Source: Eledone cirrhosa (lineage: Eukaryota). From it: 64,000 nucleotides of DNA. Made by a program: the position numbers and the translations under genes. Location of the stretch: contig CAXHJY010000184.1 of the NCBI GenBank assembly GCA_964016885.1, positions 434,001 to 498,000 of the forward strand, read 5' to 3'. Under the pieces are notes generated by a model that saw only the letters and a list, made by a program, of their open reading frames with translations, was not told where the DNA came from and did no database searches. Shown here piece by piece: positions 53,801-64,000 of this stretch. Position 1 is the first letter of the stretch; each line of letters opens with the position of its first letter.

Positions 53801-56800
53801 CACTACAGGACTATAGTCTTTCCCAATCACTACAGGACTATAGTCTTTCCCAATCACTACAGGATTATAGTCTTTCCCAGTCACTACAAGACTATAGTCT
53901 TTCCCAGTCACTACAGGACTATAGTCTTTCCCAATCACTACAGGACTATAGTCTTTCCCAGTCACTACAGGACTATAGTCTTTCCCAGTCACTACAGGAC
54001 TATAGTCTTTCCCAGTCACTACAGGACTATAGTCTTTACCAGTCACTACAGGACTACATTCTTTCCCAGTCACTACAGGACTATAGTCTTTCCCAATCAC
54101 TACAGGACTATAGTCTTTCCCAGTCACTACAGGACTATAGTCTTTCCCAGTCACTACAGGACTACATTCTTTCCCAGTCACTACAGGACTATAGTCTTTC
54201 CCAATCACCACAGGACTATAGTCTTTCCCAGTCACTACAGGACTATAGTCTTTCCCAATCACTACAGGACTATAGTCTTTCCCAGTCACTACAAGACTAT
54301 AGTCTTTCCTAGTCACTACAAGACTATAGTCTTGCCCAGTCAGTCACTACAGGACTATAGTCTTTTCCAGTCACTACAGGACTATAGTCTTTCCCAGTCA
54401 CTACAGGACTATAGTCTTTCCCAGTCACTACAGGACTATAGTCTTTCCCAGTCACTACAGGACTATAGTCTTTCCCAGTCACTACAGGACTATAGTCTTT
54501 CCCAATCACTACAGGACTACATTCTTTCCCAGTCACTACAGGACTATAGTCTTTCCCAGTCACTACAGGACTATAGTCTTTCCCAGTCACTACAGGACTA
54601 TAGTCTTTCCCAGTCACTACAGGACTATAGTTTTTCCCAGTCACTACAGGACTATAGTCTTTCCCAATCACTACAGGACTATAATCTTTCCCAATCACTA
54701 CAGGACTATAGTCTTTCCCAGTCACTACAAGACTATAGTCTTTCCCAGTCACTACAGGACTATAGTCTTTCCCAATCACTACAGGACTATAGTCTTTCCC
54801 AGTCACTACAGGACTATAGTCTTTCCCAGTCACTACAGGACTATAGTCTTTCCCAGTCACTACAGGACTATAGTCTTTCCCAGTCACTACAGGACTATAG
54901 TCTTTCCCAATCACTACAGGACTACATTCTTTCCCAGTCACTACAGGACTATAGTCTTTCCCAGTCACTACAGGACTATAGTCTTTCCCAGTCACTACAG
55001 GACTATAGTCTTTCCCAGTCACTACAGGACTATAGTTTTTCCCAGTCACTACAGGACTATAGTCTTTCCCAATCACTACAGGACTATAGTCTTTCCCAAT
55101 CACTACAGGACTATAGTCTTTCCCAGTCACTACAAGACTATAGTCTTTCCCAGTCACTACAGGACTATAGTCTTTCCCAATCACTACAGGACTATAGTCT
55201 TTCCCAGTCACTACAGGACTATAGTCTTTCCCAGTCACTACAGGACTATAGTCTTTCCCAGTCACTACAGGACTATAGTCTTTCCCAGTCACTACAGGAC
55301 TATAGTCTTTCCCAGTCACTACAGGACTATAGTCTTTCCCAGTCACTACAGGACTATAGTCTTTCCCAGTCACTACAGGACTATAGTCTTTCCCAGTCAC
55401 TACAGGACTATAGTCTTTCCCAGTCACTACAGGACTATAGTCTTTCCCAATCACTACAGGACTACATTCTTTCCCTGTCACTACAGGACTATAGTCTTTC
55501 CCAGTCACTACAGGACTATAGTCTTTCCCAGTCACTACAGGACTATAGTCTTTCCCAGTCACTACAGGACTATAGTTTTTCCCAGTCACTACAGGACTAT
55601 AGTCTTTCCCAATCACTACAGGACTATAGTCTTTCTAACTCACTACAGGACTATAGTCTTTCCCAGTCACTACAGGACTATAGTCTTTCCCAGTCACTAC
55701 AGGACTATAGTCTTTCCCAATCACTACAGGACTATAGTCTTTCCCAGTCACTACAAGACTATAGTCTTTCCCAGTCACTACAGGACTATAGTCTTTCCCA
55801 ATCACTACAGGACTATAGTCTTTCCCAGTCACTACAGGACTATAGTCTTTCCCAGTCACTACAGGACTATAGTCTTTCCCAGTCACTACAGGACTATAGT
55901 CTTTCCCAGTCACTACAGGACTACTTTCTTTCCCAGTCACTACAGGACTATAGTCTTTCCCAATCACTACAGGACTATAGTCTTTCCCAGTCACTACAGG
56001 ACTATAGTCTTTCCCAGTCACTACAGGACTATAGTCTTTCCCAATCACTACAGGACTATAGTCTTTCCCAGTCACTACAGGACTACATTCTTTCCCAGTC
56101 ACTACAGGACTATAGTCTTTCCCAATCACCACAGGACTATAGTCTTTCCCAGTCACTACAGGACTATAGTCTTTCCCAATCACTACAGGACTATAGTCTT
56201 TCCCAGTCACTACAAGACTATAGTCTTTCCTAGTCACTACAAGACTATAGTCTTGCCCAGTCAGTCACTACAGGACTATAGTCTTTTCCAGTCACTACAG
56301 GACTATAGTCTTTCCCAGTCACTACAGGACTATAGTCTTTCCCAGTCACTACAGGACTATAGTCTTTCCCAGTCACTACAGGACTATAGTCTTTCCCAGT
56401 CACTACAGGACTATAGTCTTTCCCAATCACTACAGGACTACATTCTTTCCCAGTCACTACAGGACTATAGTCTTTCCCAGTCACTACAGGACTATAGTCT
56501 TTCCCAGTCACTACAGGACTATAGTCTTTCCCAATCACTACAGGACTATAGTCTTTCCCAATCACTACAGGATTATAGTCTTTCCCAGTCACTACAAGAC
56601 TATAGTCTTTCCCAGTCACTACAGGACTATAGTCTTTCCCAATCACTACAGGACTATAGTCTTTCCCAGTCACTACAGGACTATAGTCTTTCCCAGTCAC
56701 TACAGGACTATAGTCTTTCCCAATCACTACAGGACTATAGTCTTTCCCAGTCACTACAGGACTACATTCTTTCCCAGTCACTACAGGACTATAGTCTTTC

Positions 56801-59800
56801 CCAATCACCACAGGACTATAGTCTTTCCCCGTCACTACAGGACTATAGTCTTTCCCAATCACTACAGGACTATAGTCTTTCCCAGTCACTACAAGACTAT
56901 AGTCTTTCCTAGTCACTACAAGACTATAGTCTTGCCCAGTCAGTCACTACAGGACTATAGTCTTTTCCAGTCACTACAGGACTATAGTCTTTCCAAGTCA
57001 CTACAGGACTATAGTCTTTCCCAGTCACTACAGGACTATAGTCTTTCCCAGTCACTACAGGACTATAGTCTTTCCCAGTCACTACAGGACTATAGTCTTT
57101 CCCAATCACTACAGGACTACATTCTTTCCCAGTCACTACAGGACTATAGTCTTTCCCAGTCACTACAGGACTATATTCTTTCCCAGTCACTACAGGACTA
57201 TAGTCTTTCCCAGTCACTACAGGACTATAGTTTTTCCCAGTCACTACAGGACTATAGTCTTTCCCAATCACTACAGGACTATAGTCTTTCCCAATCACTA
57301 CAGGACTATAGTCTTTCCCAGTCACTACAAGACTATAGTCTTTCCCAGTCACTACAGGACTATAGTCTTTCCCAATCACTACAGGACTATAGTCTTTCCC
57401 AGTCACTACAGGACTATAGTCTTTCCCAGTCACTACAGGACTATAGTCTTTCCCAGTCACTACAGGACTATAGTCTTTCCCAGTCACTACAGGACTATAG
57501 TCTTTCCCAGTCACTACAGGACTATAGTCTTTCCCAGTCACTACAGGACTATAGTCTTTCCCAGTCACTACAGGACTATAGTCTTTCCCAGTCACTACAG
57601 GACTATAGTCTTTGCCAGTCACTACAGGACTATAGTCTTTCCCAATCACTACAGGACTACATTCTTTCCCAGTCACTACAGGACTATAGTCTGTCCCAGT
57701 CACTACAGGACTATAGTCTTTCCCAGTCACTACAGGACTATAGTCTTTCCCAGTCACTACAGGACTATAGTTTTGCCAGTCACTACAGGACTATAGTCTT
57801 TCCCAATCACTACAGGACTATAGTCTTTCCCAATCACTACAGGACTATAGTCTTTCCCAGTCACTACAAGACTATAGTCTTTCCCAGTCACTACAGGACT
57901 ATAGTCTTTCCCAATCACTACAGGACTATAGTCTTTCCCAGTCACTACAGGACTATAGTCTTTCCCAGTCACTACAGGACTATAGTCTTTCCCAGTCACT
58001 ACAGGACTATAGTCTTTCCCAGTCACTACAGGACTACTTTCTTTCCCAGTCACTACAGGACTATAGTCTTTCCCAATCACTACAGGACTATAGTCTTTCC
58101 CAGTCACTACAGGACTATAGTCTTTCCCAGTCACTACAGGACTATAGTCTTTCCCAATCACTACAGGACTATAGTCTTTCCCAGTCACTACAGGACTACA
58201 TTCTTTCCCAGTCACTACAGGACTATAGTCTTTCCCAATCACCACAGGACTATAGTCTTTCCCAGTCACTACAGGACTATAGTCTTTCCCAATCACTACA
58301 GGACTATAGTCTTTCCCAGTCACTACAAGACTATAGTCTTTCCTAGTCACTACAAGACTATAGTCTTGCCCAGTCAGTCACTACAGGACTATAGTCTTTT
58401 CCAGTCACTACAGGACTATAGTCTTTCCCAGTCACTACAGGACTATAGTCTTTCCCAGTCACTACAGGACTATAGTCTTTCCCAGTCACTACAGGACTAT
58501 AGTCTTTCCCAGTCACTACAGGACTATAGTCTTTCCCAATCACTACAGGACTACATTCTTTCCCAGTCACTACAGGACTATAGTCTTTCCCAGTCACTAC
58601 AGGACTATAGTCTTTCCCAGTCACTACAGGACTATAGTCTTTCCCAATCACTACAGGACTATAGTCTTTCCCAATCACTACAGGATTATAGTCTTTCCCA
58701 GTCACTACAAGACTATAGTCTTTCCCAGTCACTACAGGACTATAGTCTTTCCCAATCACTACAGGACTATAGTCTTTCCCAGTCACTACAGGACTATAGT
58801 CTTTCCCAGTCACTACAGGACTATAGTCTTTCCCAGTCACTACAGGACTATAGTCTTTACCAGTCACTACAGGACTACATTCTTTCCCAGTCACTACAGG
58901 ACTATAGTCTTTCCCAATCACTACAGGACTATAGTCTTTCCCAGTCACTACAGGACTATAGTCTTTCCCAGTCACTACAGGACTACATTCTTTCCCAGTC
59001 ACTACAGGACTATAGTCTTTCCCAATCACCACAGGACTATAGTCTTTCCCAGTCACTACAGGACTATAGTCTTTCCCAATCACTACAGGACTATAGTCTT
59101 TCCCAGTCACTACAAGACTATAGTCTTTCCTAGTCACTACAAGACTATAGTCTTGCCCAGTCAGTCACTACAGGACTATAGTCTTTTCCAGTCACTACAG
59201 GACTATAGTCTTTCCCAGTCACTACAGGACTATAGTCTTTCCCAGTCACTACAGGACTATAGTCTTTCCCAGTCACTACAGGACTATAGTCTTTCCCAGT
59301 CACTACAGGACTATAGTCTTTCCCAATCACTACAGGACTACATTCTTTCCCAGTCACTACAGGACTATAGTCTTTCCCAGTCACTACAGGACTATAGTCT
59401 TTCCCAGTCACTACAGGACTATAGTCTTTCCCAGTCACTACAGGACTATAGTTTTTCCCAGTCACTACAGGACTATAGTCTTTCCCAATCACTACAGGAC
59501 TATAATCTTTACCAATCACTACAGGACTATAGTCTTTCCCAGTCACTACAAGACTATAGTCTTTCCCAGTCACTACAGGACTATAGTCTTTCCCAATCAC
59601 TACAGGACTATAGTCTTTCCCAGTCACTACAGGACTATAGTCTTTCCCAGTCACTACAGGACTATAGTCTTTCCCAGTCACTACAGGACTATAGTCTTTC
59701 CCAGTCACTACAGGACTATAGTCTTTCCCAATCACTACAGGACTACATTCTTTCCCAGTCACTACAGGACTATAGTCTTTCCCAGTCACTACAGGACTAT

Positions 59801-62800
59801 AGTCTTTCCCAGTCACTACAGGACTATAGTCTTTCCCAGTCACTACAGGACTATAGTTTTTCCCAGTCACTACAGGACTATAGTCTTTCCCAATCACTAC
59901 AGGACTATAGTCTTTCCCAATCACTACAGGACTATAGTCTTTCCCAGTCACTACAAGACTATAGTCTTTCCCAGTCACTACAGGACTATAGTCTTTCCCA
60001 ATCACTACAGGACTATAGTCTTTCCCAGTCACTACAGGACTATAGTCTTTCCCAGTCACTACAGGACTATAGTCTTTCCCAGTCACTACAGGACTATAGT
60101 CTTTCCCAGTCACTACAGGACTATAGTCTTTCCCAGTCACTACAGGACTATAGTCTTTCCCAGTCACTACAGGACTATAGTCTTTCCCAGTCACTACAGG
60201 ACTATAGTCTTTCCCAGTCACTACAGGACTATAGTCTTTCCCAATCACTACAGGACTACATTCTTTCCCTGTCACTACAGGACTATAGTCTTTCCCAGTC
60301 ACTACAGGACTATAGTCTTTCCCAGTCACTACAGGACTATAGTCTTTCCCAGTCACTACAGGACTATAGTTTTTCCCAGTCACTACAGGACTATAGTCTT
60401 TCCCAATCACTACAGGACTATAGTCTTTCCCAATCACTACAGGACTATAGTCTTTCCCAGTCACTACAAGACTATAGTCTTTCCCAGTCACTACAGGACT
60501 ATAGTCTTTCCCAATCACTACAGGACTATAGTCTTTCCCAGTCACTACAGGACTATAGTCTTTCCCAGTCACTACAGGACTATAGTTTTCCCAGTCACTA
60601 CAGGACTATAGTCTTTCCCAGTCACTACAGGACTACTTTCTTTCCCAGTCACTACAGGACTATAGTCTTTCCCAATCACTACAGGACTATAGTCTTTCCC
60701 AGTCACTACAGGACTATAGTCTTTCCCAGTCACTACAGGACTATAGTCTTTCCCAATCACTACAGGACTATAGTCTTTCCCAGTCACTACAGGACTACAT
60801 TCTTTCCCAGTCACTACAGGACTATAGTCTTTCCCAATCACCACAGGACTATAGTCTTTCCCAGTCACTACAGGACTATAGTCTTTCCCAATCACTACAG
60901 GACTATAGTCTTTCCCAGTCACTACAAGACTATAGTCTTTCCTAGTCACTACAAGACTATAGTCTTGCCCAGTCAGTCACTACAGGACTATAGTCTTTTC
61001 CAGTCACTACAGGACTATAGTCTTTCCCAGTCACTACAGGACTATAGTCTTTCCCAGTCACTACAGGACTATAGTCTTTCCCAGTCACTACAGGACTATA
61101 GTCTTTCCCAGTCACTACAGGACTATAGTCTTTCCCAATCACTACAGGACTACATTCTTTCCCAGTCACTACAGGACTATAGTCTTTCCCAGTCACTACA
61201 GGACTATAGTCTTTCCCAGTCACTACAGGACTATAGTCTTTCCCAATCACTACAGGACTATAGTCTTTCCCAATCACTACAGGATTATAGTCTTTCCCAG
61301 TCACTACAAGACTATAGTCTTTCCCAGTCACTACAGGACTATAGTCTTTCCCAATCACTACAGGATTATAGTCTTTCCCAGTCACTACAGGACTATAGTC
61401 TTTCCCAGTCACTACAGGACTATAGTCTTTCCCAGTCACTACAGGACTATAGTCTTTCCCAGTCACTACAGGACTACATTCTTTCCCAGTCACTCCAGGA
61501 CTATAGTCTTTCCCAATCACTACAGGACTATAGTCTTTCCCAGTCACTACAGGGCTACAGTCTTTCCCAGTCACTACAGGACTACATTCTTTCCCAGTCA
61601 CTACAGGACTATAGTCTTTCCCAATCACCACAGGACTATAGTCTTTCCCAGTCACTACAGGACTATAGTCTTTCCCAATCACTACAGGACTATAGTCTTT
61701 CCCAGTCACTACAAGACTATAGTCTTTCCTAGTCACTACAAGACTATAGTCTTGCCCAGTCAGTCACTACAGGACTATAGTCTTTTCCAGTCACTACAGG
61801 ACTATAGTCTTTCCCAGTCACTACAGGACTATAGTCTTTCCCAGTCACTACAGGACTATAGTCTTTCCCAGTCACTACAGGACTATAGTCTTTCCCAGTC
61901 ACTACAGGACTATAGTCTTTCCCAATCACTACAGGACTACATTCTTTCCCAGTCACTACAGGACTATAGTCTTTCCCAGTCACTACAGGACTATAGTCTT
62001 TCCCAGTCACTACAGGACTATAGTCTTTCCCAGTCACTACAGGACTATAGTTTTTCCCAGTCACTACAGGACTATAGTCTTTCCCAATCACTACAGGACT
62101 ATAATCTTTCCCAATCACTACAGGACTATAGTCTTTCCCAGTCACTACAAGACTATAGTCTTTCCCAGTCACTACAGGACTATAGTCTTTCCCAATCACT
62201 ACAGGACTATAGTCTTTCCCAGTCACTACAGGACTATAGTCTTTCCCAGTCACTACAGGACTATAGTCTTTCCCAGTCACTACAGGACTATAGTCTTTCC
62301 CAGTCACTACAGGACTATAGTCTTTCCCAATCACTACAAGACTATAGTCTTTCCCAGTCACTACAGGACTATAGTCTTTCCCAATCACTACAGGACTATA
62401 GTCTTGCCCAGTCACTACAGGACTATAGTCTTTCCCAGTCACTACAGGACTATAGTCTTTCCCAGTCACTACAGGACTACATTCTTTCCCAGTCACTACA
62501 GGACTATAGTCTTTCCCAATCACTACAGGTCTATAGTCTTTCCCAGTCACTACAGGACTACATTCTTTCCCAGTCACTACAGGACTATAGTCTTTCCCAG
62601 TCACTACAGGACTATAGTCTTTCCCAGTCACTACAGGACTATAGTCTTTCCCAGTCACTACAGGACTACATTCTTTCCCAGTCACTACAGGACTATAGTC
62701 TTTCCCAATCACTACAGGTCTATAGTCTTTCCCAGTCACTACAGGACTACATTCTTTCCCAGTCACTACAGGACTATAGTCTTTCCCAGTCACTACAGGA

Positions 62801-64000
62801 CTATAGTCTTCCCCAGTCACTACAGGACTATAGTCTTTCCCAGTCACTACAGGACTATAGTCTTTCCCAATCACTACAGGACTATAGTCTTTCCCAGTCA
62901 CTACAGGACTATAGTCTTTCCCAATCACTACAGGACTATAGTCTTTCCCAGTCACTACAGGACTATAGTCTTTCCCAATCACTACAGGACTATAGTCTTT
63001 CCCAGTCACTACAGGACTATAGTCTTTCCCAGTCACTACAAGACTATAGTCTTTCCCAGTCACTACAGGATTATAGTCTTTCCCAATCACTACAGGACTA
63101 TAGTCTTTCCCAGTCACTACAGGACTATAGTCTTTCCCAGTCACTACAGGACTATAGTCTTTCCCAATCACTACAGGACTATAGTCTTTCCCAGTCACTA
63201 CAGGACTATAGTCTTTCCCAGTCACTACAGGACTATAGTCTTTCCCAATCACTACAGGACTATAGTCTTTCCCAATCACTACAGGACTATAGTCTTTCCC
63301 AGTCACTACAGGACTATAGTCTTTCCCAGTCACTACAGGACTATAGTCTTTCCCAGTCACTACAGGACTATAGTCTTTCCCAGTCACTACAGGACTATAG
63401 TCTTTCCCAGTCACTACAAGACTATAGTCTTTCCCAATCACTACAGGACTATAGTCTTTCCCAATCACTACAGGACTATAGTCTTTCCCAATCACTACAG
63501 GACTATAGTCTTTTCCAGTCACTACAGGACTATAGTTTTTCCCAGTCACTACAAGACTATAGTCTTTCCCAATCACTACAGGACTATAGTCTTTCCCAAT
63601 CACTACAGGACTATAGTCTTTCCCAATCACTACAAGACTATAGTCTTTCCCAGTCACTACAGGACTATAGTCTTTCCAATCACTACAGGACTATAGTCTT
63701 TCCCAGTCACTACAGGACTACATTCTTTCCCAGTCACTACAGGACTATAGTCTTTCCCAGTCTCTACAGGACTATAGTCTTTCCCAATCACTACAGGACT
63801 ATAGTCTTTCCCAGTCACTACAGGACTACATCCTTTCCCAGTCACTACAGGACTATAGTCTTTCCCAATCACTACAAGACTATAGACTTTCCCAGTCACT
63901 ACAGGACTATAGTCTTTCCCAGTTACTACAGGACTATAGTCTTTCCCAATCACTACAGGACTATAGTCTTTCCCAGTCACTACAGGACTATAGTCTTTCC
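32803..64000. repeat. 27-bp satellite array, consensus CAGTCACTACAGGACTATAGTCTTTCC, roughly 1150 copies; runs off the right edge
   Basis: Uninterrupted 27-bp periodicity from 32803, with palindromic core GACTATAGTC. Rare 22-, 24-, 26- and 31-bp variants mark higher-order blocks. Confidence 0.99.

Noticed and set aside
32680-63980. Giant repetitive protein (or RNA Pol II CTD-like YSP repeats) from the long ORFs
   Set aside because: The ORFs arise because 27 is a multiple of 3. They overlap in three frames on both strands, start in a microsatellite or at GTG/TTG, and are broken by 22-, 26- and 31-bp units.
32803-64000. CRISPR array
   Set aside because: The units are contiguous with no unique spacers, there are no cas genes, and the context is eukaryotic.

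Overview
Gene-free, AT-rich eukaryotic repeat DNA. The SINE/RTE/CR1 content and (CA/TA/TACA)n tracts look octopus/cephalopod-like; this is an inference. The window has three parts. (1) 1-~22.9 kb: a very homogeneous ~864-bp satellite (~26 monomers) arranged as an A/B dimer (~1728 bp) with a 5180-bp higher-order duplication. Each monomer holds three direct copies and one inverted copy of a subunit, giving a gapless imperfect fold-back. (2) ~23.1-32.8 kb: a ~10-kb island of decayed mobile elements. It contains a 377-bp-period direct repeat with a degenerate type-I hammerhead-like fold in each copy, tRNA-derived SINEs, two inverted CR1-like fragments, two RTE-clade LINE remnants, a Helitron-like element with internal tandem repeats, a deleted mariner and a 19-bp-TIR MITE. 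(3) 32.8 kb-end: more than 1100 copies of a 27-bp satellite (CAGTCACTACAGGACTATAGTCTTTCC) with a palindromic core and variant-marked higher-order blocks. The long ORFs in both arrays are by-products of the repeats. No intact host gene is supported.
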